A stretch of 64,000 nt of DNA. Origin: an uncultured Gammaproteobacteria bacterium. Its GTDB lineage: Bacteria; Patescibacteriota; Microgenomatia; Daviesbacterales; UBA10151. Location of the stretch: contig CAZYPW010000008.1 in the NCBI GenBank assembly GCA_964649615.1, positions 574 through 64,573 on the forward strand. The letters are read 5' to 3'. A program made the translations under genes and the position numbers. Each line of letters opens with the position of its first letter. The stretch's first letter is position 1. The notes below the pieces were generated by a model, which saw nothing but the letters and a program-made list of their open reading frames with translations, was not told the origin of the DNA and made no database searches. Below, one piece after another: positions 9,504-18,610 of the stretch.

Positions 9504-10958
9504 TTATATTACTCTAAAACTTTCAACTACATCATTTACTGTAAAATCAACTGGAGGATCAAACAGCATGCCGCAATCGTTTCCTTTTTCCGCCTTATTA
9601 ACTTCTTCTTTAACCTTTTTTAAAGACTTTAGCTTGGTTTCCCCAATCTTTACTCCATCCCTTAAAATCCTTAATTTATGGCCTTTGGCAAGCTCACCTT
9701 CTATTACCCTGCATCCTGCAATCTTTTCTGTCTTGCCATGGGGAAACTGGGCAATAATATTAGCTTTACCTATTACCTCCTCAAGCTGCCCAACCTCAAG
9801 CAGAGTTTGGACCACATCTTCAATCTCTTCTATTAATTCATAAATAATATTGTAAGTTCTGATTAAAATATGGTCATTCTCAGCAATTTTTTGGGCAGAA
9901 GTAGTTACTTTGACATTAAAACCTACTACAATTGCTCCTACTGATGAGGCTAATCTAATATTATCCTCTCCAATATCTCCTATCCCGCTAAAGATAAAAT
10001 CAACTACTTTTCTTTCTTCATTAAATTTCTCTAAAGAAGCTTGTATTGCCTCTAGCGAACCCTGTTTATCTGCTTTAATAATGACCTTCAAGGTTTTACT
10101 ATCTCCTTGTTTTAACTTGTCCACCATACTTGATACTTGATACTTGATACTTGATACATCTCCTGGCTCTTCTCCTAATTTTGCTCCCACCAATGGCACT
10201 GCTTCCAATCCCAGTATTTCCACAGGAGTAGATGGTCCAGCCTGATCAACTGCTTTACTATTAAAATCAAACATTCCCCTAATCTTTCCTTTAATGCCTC
10301 CTAGTTGAATCTGATCCCCTTTCTTTAGTGTTCCATTTCTAATTAAAATTGTGGCAATTGGGCCTTTAAATTTATCTAATGTTGCCTCAATTACTACCCC
10401 AGCCACAGGAGCTTGTGGATCAGCTTTAATCTCATTTAGTTCAGCAACTAAAGTAACCATCTCTAAAAGCTTATCTACTCCCTCACCAGTTTTGGCAGAA
10501 AGAGGCACCAATGGCACATCTCCCCCATATTCTTCTGCTAAAATTTCCCTATCAGATAGTTGTTTTTTAATTTTCTCTAGCTGCACTTTGACATTCACAC
10601 CAGCTAGATCTACTTTGTTTATTGCCACAATTAAAGGAACTTTCGCTTCTTTAATGTGCTTGATAGCCTCATCTGTTTGAGGCATAATTCCATCATCTAC
10701 AGCCACCACCAAAACAGCTATATCAGCTACCTTGGCTCCCCTGGATCTCATTTTTTCAAAAGCAGCGTGTCCCGGGGTATCTATGAAAGTGATTAATTTA
10801 CCATCATGGGTAACTTGATATGCCCCAATATGTTGGGTAATGCCGCCATGTTCTTTGGTTGCCACGGAAGATTTGCGGATAAAATCTAATAGCGTAGTCT
10901 TGCCATGGTCAACATGGCCCAGGATCGTGACTATGGGAGGTCTAGTAACTTGGCTCAT
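9504..10958 (-). CDS. infB: Translation initiation factor IF-2, minimal form that starts at the G domain
   Basis: The GHVDHGKTTLLD and DTPGH motifs are followed by domain II and the C1/C2 domains. At 484 aa it lacks the usual N-terminal extension. Confidence 0.9.
   Translation of the reverse strand: MSQVTRPPIVTILGHVDHGKTTLLDFIRKSSVATKEHGGITQHIGAYQVTHDGKLITFIDTPGHAAFEKMRSRGAKVADIAVLVVAVDDGIMPQTDEAIKHIKEAKVPLIVAINKVDLAGVNVKVQLEKIKKQLSDREILAEEYGGDVPLVPLSAKTGEGVDKLLEMVTLVAELNEIKADPQAPVAGVVIEATLDKFKGPIATILIRNGTLKKGDQIQLGGIKGKIRGMFDFNSKAVDQAGPSTPVEILGLEAVPLVGAKLGEEPGDVSSIKYQVSSMVDKLKQGDSKTLKVIIKADKQGSLEAIQASLEKFNEERKVVDFIFSGIGDIGEDNIRLASSVGAIVVGFNVKVTTSAQKIAENDHILIRTYNIIYELIEEIEDVVQTLLEVGQLEEVIGKANIIAQFPHGKTEKIAGCRVIEGELAKGHKLRILRDGVKIGETKLKSLKKVKEEVNKAEKGNDCGMLFDPPVDFTVNDVVESFRVI
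10129..10156. repeat. (TTGATAC)x4 heptamer tandem array inside infB coding sequence
   Basis: Seen in sequence. It is read in frame on the coding strand as ...DVSSIKYQVSSM... Confidence 0.7.
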
Positions 10959-10994
10959 ACTTAATTCTTTTTACTCCTTTCAATTAAATGAGAA

Positions 10995-11081
10995 AGTATT
11001 AAGTATCAAGTAGTAAGTATTATGGGAAATAATAAATTTAAATCTTTCATACCCTTAATACATAATACTTAATACATACTA
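10995..11081. repeat. Inverted pair of heptamer arrays in the nusA-infB intergenic region
   Basis: agtatta/agtatca/agtagta/agtatta (10995-11022) faces cttaata/cataata/cttaata/catacta (11054-11081). Together they can fold as a long imperfect hairpin. Confidence 0.5.
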
Positions 11082-12263
11082 CTCATTCTTATCTTTTTCC
11101 ATATCAGCTTCTGCAGGTAAGGTTTTGGTATCATCTGCAGGTTTAGTTCCAGCTTGTGGTTCTTCCTTTTTTTCTCCAGTTCCCTCAGTTTTCACTTCAC
11201 CTTCACTTTTTACAGCTTCCTCTGCTTTTTTCCCAGCTACTTGCTGCTCACTACCTGCTACTGACTCCTCTTCTGCTCCAACAATATCAATCTTCCAGCC
11301 TGTTAATTTAGCAGCTAAACGAACATTTTGCCCTCCCTTGCCTATAGCCAAAGACATCTGATCTTGAGGAACAGTCACTGTGGCAATTTTGTCAGTTTCA
11401 TTCAAACTCACTTGTAAATCTTTAGCTGGTGACAGGGCTGCAGCAATAAACCTGGCAGGATCATCTGAATAGGTAATAATATCTATTTTTTCCTCACCCA
11501 ACTCAGACATCACAGCCTGAACTCTGACCCCTTTTTGGCCCACCAAAGATCCCACAGGATCTACTCCTTCTTGAGATGATTGAGCTGCAATTTTAGTCCT
11601 GGAGCCTACTTCTCTGGCAATGGCCCGCACCTCAACTGCCCCATTTTGAATTTCTGGCACCTCTAGCGCAAAAAGAGCTTTAACTAAAGCAGGATCTGAT
11701 CTGGAAACTACCACTTCAGAACCTCTCCCGCCTTCTCTGATCTCTTTGACTAAAAACTTCAATCTTTGGTTTTGATGATACATTTCTGTATGGACTTGTT
11801 CAGATGGAGGTAAAACTCCTTCAGCCCTGCCTAAATCTACAAAAAAAGTATTGCCTTCTTGCCTTTGGATATTTCCAGAGATAACTGTACCTAATTTGCC
11901 CTCATATTCAGATAAAATTGCCCCTCTTTCTGCTTCATTAAGCCTTTGCATAATCACTTGCTTGGCAATTGAGGCTGCAATTCTGGCAAAGCCAGGGGGG
12001 GTGACATTTTTCTTTTTATCAAAGATCTTAATCTCACCAGTGGCAGGATCTACCTCAGAGGTAAACTCTTCAATATCTTCAGGCACTACTTCATTTCTAA
12101 GCATTAAATCTTTTTTGTAGGCAGCTAAAGCTGCTGCTTTGATTGCTTCTGTCACCACTGATGGGTCTACCCCTTTTTCAGAGGCTATTTGATTTAATGC
12201 AGCTGCAAATTCTGTTCGTGCTTGTGCCAATCGGAGCGCCCCTTTCTTTGGCGCGAAATCCAC
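11079..12263 (-). CDS. nusA: Transcription termination/antitermination factor NusA with a K/E-rich C-terminal tail
   Basis: The NusA N-terminal domain, S1 domain and two KH domains (e.g. GSLVGQKGVRVQAV, LAIGKGGQNVRLAAKLTGWKIDI) are present. The start codon is a GTG at 12263. Confidence 0.85.
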   Translation of the reverse strand: MDFAPKKGALRLAQARTEFAAALNQIASEKGVDPSVVTEAIKAAALAAYKKDLMLRNEVVPEDIEEFTSEVDPATGEIKIFDKKKNVTPPGFARIAASIAKQVIMQRLNEAERGAILSEYEGKLGTVISGNIQRQEGNTFFVDLGRAEGVLPPSEQVHTEMYHQNQRLKFLVKEIREGGRGSEVVVSRSDPALVKALFALEVPEIQNGAVEVRAIAREVGSRTKIAAQSSQEGVDPVGSLVGQKGVRVQAVMSELGEEKIDIITYSDDPARFIAAALSPAKDLQVSLNETDKIATVTVPQDQMSLAIGKGGQNVRLAAKLTGWKIDIVGAEEESVAGSEQQVAGKKAEEAVKSEGEVKTEGTGEKKEEPQAGTKPADDTKTLPAEADMEKDKNE

Positions 12264-12296
12264 TTGTCAAAAATACGGTTGAGTATTTTTGACAAG
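12263..12296 (-). promoter_or_regulatory. 14-bp perfect-stem hairpin abutting the nusA start codon
   Basis: cttgtcaaaaatac-ggttga-gtatttttgacaag. The last base of the 3' arm is the G of the GTG start. Confidence 0.4.
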
Positions 12297-12315
12297 GGCT
12301 AAAATCCTTTATCTA

Positions 12316-12341
12316 TCAAAAAGGTGGGACTAGCCCACCTT
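12316..12341 (-). terminator. Putative intrinsic terminator downstream of the dnaJ-like gene
   Basis: On the minus strand the stem aaggtggg-ctagt-cccacctt is followed by TTTTT. Confidence 0.5.
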
Positions 12342-12448
12342 CTCAGGTCCTTCGGATTATTAACCACGCTTTAGATAGTGAAACTATCGCAAGCTATGCT
12401 TATTTTAATCCTTTATAAAATTGAAGTCAACCCACCGCTAATTAACTG

Positions 12449-13372
12449 TTAGAACCAGCCTTTTTTCTTGTTGCTTAAATTATAAAGCTCCTCATATAAT
12501 TGTTTTTCCTGTTTAGATGGATTTTGCGGGACATTTAAATTTACCCTCACATAATGGTCTCCATGGCCAGTTTCACCTAATCTAGCTACACCTTTTCCTT
12601 TTAATTTAACCAAGGATCCTGGCTGGGTGCCTGGAGGAACTTTAACCTTCATCTTTCCCTGTACAGTATTAACTTCAAATATATCTCCCAAAACCAATTG
12701 GGGAATGTTAATGGTAATTTCAGAAAATATATCTGCTCCTTCTCTTAAAAATTCCTGATTTCTCTGTACTCCAAAAACAATATCTAAATCACCAAATTTC
12801 ATCTTAGTCCCATTATCAACTCCTGCCGGAACCTTAATCTTTAATCTTTTTCTCTCCAGCCTGCCAGATTGATTTCTGGATTCAATTTCCACCTCTTTTG
12901 TTACCCCTTTTATTGCCTCATCAAAGGATAAATTAAGCTGATAAGTTGGCCTTCTTCTCATTTGAGCTCCAAATCCACCCCCAAATATTTGTTCAAAAAG
13001 ATCAAATGGGTCTTCAAATCCGCCAAAATCGAATTGGACATTAGGGTTACCTCCTGATGAAGACCAGGAGTAAGTTCTAGCCCCACCTCCGAATGGATTA
13101 AACCCTCCTCCTGCAAAAGGATTACCACCATCGCCTCCGGCTCCTCTCTCAAAAGCAGCGTGGCCAAACTGGTCATAAGCACCCTTTTTTTGTGGATCAG
13201 ATAACACCTGATAGGCCTCCCCAAGTTCCTTAAACCTCACATCTGCACCGGCAGATTTATCTATATCAGGATGGTGCTGTCTTGCCAGTTTACGGTAAGC
13301 AGATTTTATTTCTGCCTCAGATGCTCCTTTTTTAACTCCAAGTATTTCGTAGTAATCACGCTTTGTAGCCAT
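12449..13372 (-). CDS. dnaJ: DnaJ-family co-chaperone (J domain, G/F-rich region and C-terminal domains, no Zn-finger; CbpA/type II-like)
   Basis: The J domain reads DYYEILGV...HHPD. A G/F-rich stretch follows and no CxxCxGxG repeats are present. Confidence 0.75.
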   Translation of the reverse strand: MATKRDYYEILGVKKGASEAEIKSAYRKLARQHHPDIDKSAGADVRFKELGEAYQVLSDPQKKGAYDQFGHAAFERGAGGDGGNPFAGGGFNPFGGGARTYSWSSSGGNPNVQFDFGGFEDPFDLFEQIFGGGFGAQMRRRPTYQLNLSFDEAIKGVTKEVEIESRNQSGRLERKRLKIKVPAGVDNGTKMKFGDLDIVFGVQRNQEFLREGADIFSEITINIPQLVLGDIFEVNTVQGKMKVKVPPGTQPGSLVKLKGKGVARLGETGHGDHYVRVNLNVPQNPSKQEKQLYEELYNLSNKKKGWF

Positions 13373-13386
13373 ATATTCTGCTTGTC

Positions 13387-13416
13387 ATTATAGCAGTCTA
13401 AGCTGAAAAGTGCTAG
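13387..13416 (-). promoter_or_regulatory. CIRCE-like HrcA operator overlapping the -10 TATAAT upstream of dnaJ
   Basis: In minus orientation it reads CTAGCACTT-N9-GACTGCTAT (7/9 and 7/9 against the TTAGCACTC-N9-GAGTGCTAA consensus). TATAAT lies at 13387-13392 and the dnaJ ATG is 14 nt further downstream. Confidence 0.45.
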
Positions 13417-13638
13417 CCTTCTCTAAGTAGCCATCCCAGGGGTGGATTTGTATTGACACCCTCCAGAGGCGGGCAGGCCTGCGGATTTTCCTTAACTTAT
13501 ACGCTCACATCTATTTTAAAATACATTTATGCTACGACCGTATGATAAATGAAAGAATGGAAATTACAAAAAGGGTTAAAACAACCTTTCCAGTTGACTT
13601 TTTAAGCTTAATCTGTTATCCTATAATAACTAAAGATC

Positions 13639-13884
13639 ATGAAAGATAGATTACTAGAAAAATATTATGATTACACTAGAGTTCCTCTTAAAACTACTAA
13701 GGTTGCTCCTGGTGTACCAAGATCAGTTATAAAAATACCTACTGCTACTAGAATATTTATAGATAAAGATAACCCATATATTGGTAAGGATGGTCACGAT
13801 TATTATTCTTTAGAAGCATTACAATCTGCTAATGATTTCTGGAAAAAAGTTCACTTTCCAAAAAGTAGAAGACCTTTGAAGTAA
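13639..13884 (+). CDS. Hypothetical small protein (81 aa), AT-rich, antisense to the chaperone operon
   Basis: This is an ORF call only. Its codon usage (AGA/ATA-rich) differs from neighbouring genes. I recognise no motif. Confidence 0.3.
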   Translation: MKDRLLEKYYDYTRVPLKTTKVAPGVPRSVIKIPTATRIFIDKDNPYIGKDGHDYYSLEALQSANDFWKKVHFPKSRRPLK

Positions 13885-13957
13885 TTATTCTTCTTTCTTT
13901 CCTTGTCCTGAGCTTGCCGAAGGATCTTCCTCCACTACCTCACCTTCAACAGCTTCC

Positions 13958-14389
13958 TCAGTTTTGTTTTTCCAAAAATTCATTAATGTTTCTAACAAAC
14001 TCTCTTAAATCATTCAGCCCAATACTAGCAGACTCGGCTAAGATGTTTAAATCTACATCAAGATACATATGCACCAAAATATTTCTAAGCCCGACAGCTT
14101 TCCCTAATTTTTCTGACAGACCTTTAGTAATAATGCCTTCTTTAACTAATAAGGGAAATAAATCCCTAGCATATTCAGGCATTCCAAGATTTAAACTAGA
14201 AACAATATGTTCTGCTACATTAATAACCATCTCTACGGCAACTTGCATACGATGTTTAGTCGCATCAGTAAAGATTAGATTTTCCTCTTCGTCTAAAGCC
14301 TCCCTAGTAACATGGCTATCCTCAATTATTTTAATTTCTCCTTCCAGGTAACGCAGAATATGATCAATAGTCTTTTTGTTAATAGCCAT
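13958..14389 (-). CDS. hepT: HepT-like HEPN-domain toxin (DUF86)
   Basis: The Rx4-6H HEPN motif GLRNILVHMY is present. It overlaps the upstream MNT gene by 11 nt. Confidence 0.7.
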   Translation of the reverse strand: MAINKKTIDHILRYLEGEIKIIEDSHVTREALDEEENLIFTDATKHRMQVAVEMVINVAEHIVSSLNLGMPEYARDLFPLLVKEGIITKGLSEKLGKAVGLRNILVHMYLDVDLNILAESASIGLNDLREFVRNINEFLEKQN

Positions 14390-14801
14390 AAGTTCCCCCT
14401 CTAATTCTTTTTTTCATATAATCATAATCTATATCCCGTAGCCTTTGTGTATCATAAAACTCTCTCATAATAGCTACTTCAAACTCAATCCTCTTTGTTT
14501 CATCTTTACTGTAAATATTTTCCCCCTGGATTACATTCATTAAAAATACCGGCGATTCTTTTAAACTTATCCCTCTCACCTCTGGCTCTGCTTTAACACT
14601 TATTTTTGGAAATTCTGAATATAATCTTCCTAATCTACTATAAAGGTCAACTTTCCCGTCAAATAGCACAGCAATATCAAGATCACTTCCTTTATGGGGG
14701 TTTCCAGAGGCAAAAGAGCCATACAAATAGACTGCCACTACATCTTTTTGAGTGGCAAAGTAATCCTGAATTTTTTTAATATCAGCTTCACTTAATTTCA
14801 T
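14379..14801 (-). CDS. mntA: MntA-like minimal nucleotidyltransferase antitoxin
   Basis: The GS-x9-DxD nucleotidyltransferase motif YLYGSFASGNPHKGSDLDIAVL is present. Pairing with the HEPN protein fits a type VII HepT/MntA module. Confidence 0.7.
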   Translation of the reverse strand: MKLSEADIKKIQDYFATQKDVVAVYLYGSFASGNPHKGSDLDIAVLFDGKVDLYSRLGRLYSEFPKISVKAEPEVRGISLKESPVFLMNVIQGENIYSKDETKRIEFEVAIMREFYDTQRLRDIDYDYMKKRIRGGTYGY

Positions 14802-14929
14802 GTCTTAATTTTAACACAAAGAATGACAAATTAAGATCCCACCATCAAAAATGCTTAACCACATCCACAAAACTCTTCTGCTAATTTTCATTAACATGTA
14901 CGATCGCACACTTTAATGGCAACAATAAA

Positions 14930-15319
14930 TTGTGTTCCCACTTGGAATGTGGGAAGGTAGACAAAAAATACTTGACATATTCTTCAGAAAAACTGATACT
15001 GAAAATAGTGAAACAGGATAAATTACTTATAAAAATTGCAAAATTATTCGCTGTAATTATAGCTGGTAAGTTTATAAATCTTCCCTTACTTGTTGTTGTT
15101 TCTTTAATACTTGGAAACAATTTTACCGATGAAATATCTATAGCTTATAACTTGACAATGGGATCTGTTCTTGGAGCAATTGGTTATTCATGGATAAAAG
15201 ATTCTAAAAATGGCAGGATTGTTTATGGTGTTATTATTGCTATAACATGGGTTATCTTAAATTTAGGATTTATAGCTATAGATTGGACTTTTATACAAAA
15301 CAGAAAACGGTTTGGTTGA
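14930..15319 (+). CDS. Hypothetical small membrane protein (true start uncertain)
   Basis: About three predicted TM helices. A possible promoter TTGACA-N17-GATACT lies at about 14975-15005. The track start overlaps a hairpin (ttcccac-N7-gtgggaa), and the real start may be a GTG near 15005. Confidence 0.25.
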   Translation: MCSHLECGKVDKKYLTYSSEKLILKIVKQDKLLIKIAKLFAVIIAGKFINLPLLVVVSLILGNNFTDEISIAYNLTMGSVLGAIGYSWIKDSKNGRIVYGVIIAITWVILNLGFIAIDWTFIQNRKRFG

Positions 15320-15341
15320 ATTCAGCAAATCAATACTTAGG

Positions 15342-17264
15342 CTATTCTTCTTTTTTCTCTTCTTCCACCACTTCACCTTCAACAGCCTCTTCAGTTTTTG
15401 GAGCTTCTCCTGATTTTTCTGATTCACTGGCAGTCTGACCTTCTGGTTGTTCTGAGTCATTCTGAGTTTTCTGATCCTTATACATAGCTGATCCTACTTT
15501 TTGCAGCACCTCCCCCAGCGCATCACCTTTTTTCTTAATATCATCTGTGTCTTCACCTTTGAGCGCTTCTTTTAGCTCATTTAGCTTTTGTTCAACTTCT
15601 GTTCTAACCTCAGCGGAAACTTTATCCCCATTATCTTTTAAGGTTTTTTCTGTCTGGTACACCAATCCATCAGCAATATTTTTAGTCTCAATCCCTTCTT
15701 TTTTCTTTTTGTCTTCCTCTGCATGGGCTTCTGCCTCTTTGGTCATCTTCTCGACTTCTTCCTTATCCAAACCTGTTGAACCGGTGATTGTTATTTTTTG
15801 CTCTTTACCAGTGGCTTTATCTTTGGCAGAGACATTTAATATGCCGTTAGCATCAATGTCAAAAGTGACCTCAACTTGCGGCACACCCCTTGGGGCCGGG
15901 GGAATTCCATCAAGCACAAACCTGCCCAATGATTTATTATCAGCAGCCATTTCTCTTTCCCCTTGCAAAACATTAATCTCCACAGCCGGCTGATTATCTG
16001 CAGCTGTTGAAAATACCTCTGATTTGGAAGAAGGAATAGTGGTGTTTCTATTTATCAAAGGAGTCCTGACTCCACCCAAAGTTTCAATTCCCAAAGTCAG
16101 GGGAGTCACATCCAATAAAAGTACATCCTTAACTTCCCCGCCTAAAACCCCTCCCTGGATGGCAGCTCCCACCGCCACTACCTCATCCGGATTAATCCCT
16201 TTATGTCCTTCTTTGCCAAAAAAATCTGAAACTGCTTTTTGGACAGATGGCATCCTGGTCATTCCACCAACCAAAACCACTTCATCAACATCTTTAGATT
16301 CCAGCTTGGCATCTTTCATAGCAGCCTTAACTGCTTCAAAGGATTTATCAATTAAAGGCTTCACCATAGCTTCAAGTTTGGCCCTACTTAGCTTCATCTC
16401 TAAATGTTTAGGTCCTGAGGTATCCGCGGTCACAAAGGGGATAGAAATTGAAGCCTCCATAGAAGATGACAGCTCAATCTTGGCTTTTTCAGCAGCATCT
16501 CGAAGCCGTTGAAGCGCTTGTCTGTCTCCTTTTAAATCAATTCCTTCTTGTTTTTTAAATTCATCTGCCAGCCAATCTATAATAATTTGATCAAAATCAT
16601 CTCCACCTAAATGAGTATCTCCATTAGTAGATTTAACCTCAATTACCCCATCACCTAACTCTAAAATAGAGATATCAAAAGTTCCCCCGCCTAAATCATA
16701 AACAGCAATAGTATGAGCATGAGATTTATCCAGTCCATAAGCCAAAGCTGCAGCAGTTGGCTCATTAATAATTCTTTGCACATTAAGCCCTGCTATTTCT
16801 CCTGCCTGTTTGGTGGCTTGCCTCCCCGCATCATCAAAATAAGCAGGAACTGTAATAACTGCATCAGTCACTTTTTCTCCTAAATAAGATTCAGCATCAG
16901 CTTTAATCTTTTGTAAAATTTGGGCAGAAATTTCCTGCGGAGTATATTCATGGCCTTCTACCTCCACCACAGCCATACCATTTTTACCGGACTTTATTTC
17001 ATAAGGCAGCCATTCTTTATCTCTTTTCACTTCCGGATCAGCAAACTTTCTGCCCATCAATCTTTTGACAGAAAAAATAGTCTCTTTAGGGTTAACCACA
17101 GCCTGACGTTTAGCCACCCTTCCCACAATATTTTTAATGGGATTTGAAACTGAGGGGATAATATTTTCCCCTTCAGCGCTGTGGATAACTTTGGGTTTTC
17201 CACCCTCCATTACAGCTACAGCTGAATTTGTTGTCCCTAAATCAATTCCAACAATTTTACTCAT
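15342..17264 (-). CDS. dnaK: Chaperone DnaK (Hsp70)
   Basis: [16 protein letters not shown] and the full Hsp70 architecture are present, with an acidic [11 protein letters not shown] tail. Confidence 0.95.
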   Translation of the reverse strand: MSKIVGIDLGTTNSAVAVMEGGKPKVIHSAEGENIIPSVSNPIKNIVGRVAKRQAVVNPKETIFSVKRLMGRKFADPEVKRDKEWLPYEIKSGKNGMAVVEVEGHEYTPQEISAQILQKIKADAESYLGEKVTDAVITVPAYFDDAGRQATKQAGEIAGLNVQRIINEPTAAALAYGLDKSHAHTIAVYDLGGGTFDISILELGDGVIEVKSTNGDTHLGGDDFDQIIIDWLADEFKKQEGIDLKGDRQALQRLRDAAEKAKIELSSSMEASISIPFVTADTSGPKHLEMKLSRAKLEAMVKPLIDKSFEAVKAAMKDAKLESKDVDEVVLVGGMTRMPSVQKAVSDFFGKEGHKGINPDEVVAVGAAIQGGVLGGEVKDVLLLDVTPLTLGIETLGGVRTPLINRNTTIPSSKSEVFSTAADNQPAVEINVLQGEREMAADNKSLGRFVLDGIPPAPRGVPQVEVTFDIDANGILNVSAKDKATGKEQKITITGSTGLDKEEVEKMTKEAEAHAEEDKKKKEGIETKNIADGLVYQTEKTLKDNGDKVSAEVRTEVEQKLNELKEALKGEDTDDIKKKGDALGEVLQKVGSAMYKDQKTQNDSEQPEGQTASESEKSGEAPKTEEAVEGEVVEEEKKEE

Positions 17265-17779
17265 ATATTTTCTCCTTCTTTGTCCGCCGAAGCTGCAACG
17301 GAGGTGGATCTTCCTACCACCACTTGAGCTGGTCTTACAACCTTCCCATTTAGATTATACCCTTTTCTGACAACTTTTAAAATTATATTATCTTCCCCCT
17401 CCTGTATGTCAACAGCTTCATGAAGGCTAGGATCAAATTGTCCGTCTGCTACAATTTCCTCCAACCCTTCAGATTTCAAGACCTCTTTAAACTGCTTTAC
17501 AGCTAACTCTACTCCTTGAAACCAGCCCTTCGACTCACTTTGTTCGCTCAGGGTGGATCGACCAAGATCAACCACCTGTTCTAAATGATCTAAAACTGGT
17601 AACAATCTTTTAACCAATTCTGCTCCCATAAAATTAGTTAACTCTGATCTACCTTCTGAAACTCTTTTCTCCAAATTTTGATAATCAGCCACTGCCCTTT
17701 TTAACTGGTTTTCCAGATCTGCCACTCGTTGTTCTAAATCACTTTTCACTTTTAACTTTTCACTTTTAACTTTATTCAT
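17261..17779 (-). CDS. grpE: Nucleotide exchange factor GrpE
   Basis: The coiled-coil N-terminus and GrpE C-terminal domain match. Its position between hrcA and dnaK also fits. Confidence 0.85.
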   Translation of the reverse strand: MNKVKSEKLKVKSDLEQRVADLENQLKRAVADYQNLEKRVSEGRSELTNFMGAELVKRLLPVLDHLEQVVDLGRSTLSEQSESKGWFQGVELAVKQFKEVLKSEGLEEIVADGQFDPSLHEAVDIQEGEDNIILKVVRKGYNLNGKVVRPAQVVVGRSTSVAASADKEGENI

Positions 17780-18504
17780 ACCCTTCCTGCTTCTACCAGC
17801 AAATTCCTGACATATTTGACATAAGGTAAAACCAGCGAAAAATTCATCCTGGCAGGACCAATTACCCCAATTATACCTTCTTTTTCCAGATCCATCTCAT
17901 ATCTGGTAAATACAAAACTGGTTGTCCGTAAATACTCAAACTCCATATCCTCACCAAACAAAATATGGACAGGTTCAGAACCAACAGCTTTTCCCATAAT
18001 CTCTTTTAATCTCGGGTTTTCATCAAAAAGCCCTAAAACAAAACGGGTTACATCAATATCATAAAACTCCGGCCAATCCAGTATATTTGCTGCTCCGGCA
18101 TAATATAGCTGACCATCGTTATCTGTTGCCAAACCCAACATATCACAACGATCTGCCAATGCCTTAACTGCTTCTTTCAAAAGCCGCTCCTGTTTATACC
18201 TTTGTTGCCACATTTGCTCTTTGATAGATACTTCTGCCGTGACAGGCAGTTGTTTCTCATTCATCAGCTCTGAAATGTAAAATCTCATTCCCATTGAAGT
18301 TGGAGTCCTGCCTGCGCTGGTATGAGGTTGCCTTAAATATCCCATCTCAGTTAATCTCACCATCTCAATCCTGATAGTAGCAGGGGAGACTCCTAAGGAA
18401 TATTTCCGCTCAATTACTTCAGAACCAATAGGTTCTGCATTTTCTATATACTCTTCAATTATTGCTTTTAAAAGTGCCTGTTGTCTATCCGTCAAATCTG
18501 CCAT
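17776..18504 (-). CDS. hrcA: Heat-inducible transcription repressor HrcA
   Basis: The N-terminal wHTH region (LLKAIIEEYIENAEPIGSEVI) matches. It is the first gene of the hrcA-grpE-dnaK operon. Confidence 0.8.
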   Translation of the reverse strand: MADLTDRQQALLKAIIEEYIENAEPIGSEVIERKYSLGVSPATIRIEMVRLTEMGYLRQPHTSAGRTPTSMGMRFYISELMNEKQLPVTAEVSIKEQMWQQRYKQERLLKEAVKALADRCDMLGLATDNDGQLYYAGAANILDWPEFYDIDVTRFVLGLFDENPRLKEIMGKAVGSEPVHILFGEDMEFEYLRTTSFVFTRYEMDLEKEGIIGVIGPARMNFSLVLPYVKYVRNLLVEAGRV

Positions 18505-18518
18505 AAAGTTTAATTAAA

Positions 18519-18555
18519 CTAGCAGTAAGATACCATGAGTGCTAAGTCTTGTCAA
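18519..18555 (-). promoter_or_regulatory. CIRCE element embedded in the hrcA promoter
   Basis: In minus orientation it reads TTAGCACTC-N9-TACTGCTAG. A -35 TTGACA (18550-18555) is followed by a 17-nt spacer and a -10 TATCTT (18527-18532). Confidence 0.55.
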
Positions 18556-18610
18556 TACTTCAATTTCATTCAGTATTGACCCTGAGCGAAGCCGAATGGG
18601 TCAAGAGGGA

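Noticed and set aside
9163-10680. Several plus-strand ORFs (76-109 aa)
   Set aside because: They are all antisense to the DHH-like gene or infB. Their translations are Ser/Pro/Leu-rich shadow products.
11125-12120. Plus-strand ORFs of 78 aa and 89 aa
   Set aside because: They are antisense to nusA.
13420-13480. GC-rich segment upstream of dnaJ with short palindromes (gcaggcctgc; gggtg...caccc) as a possible ncRNA
   Set aside because: There is no coherent extended structure or flanking promoter/terminator pair. It is more likely residual island DNA.
15547-17370. Plus-strand ORFs of 148, 162, 75 and 77 aa
   Set aside because: They are antisense to dnaK.
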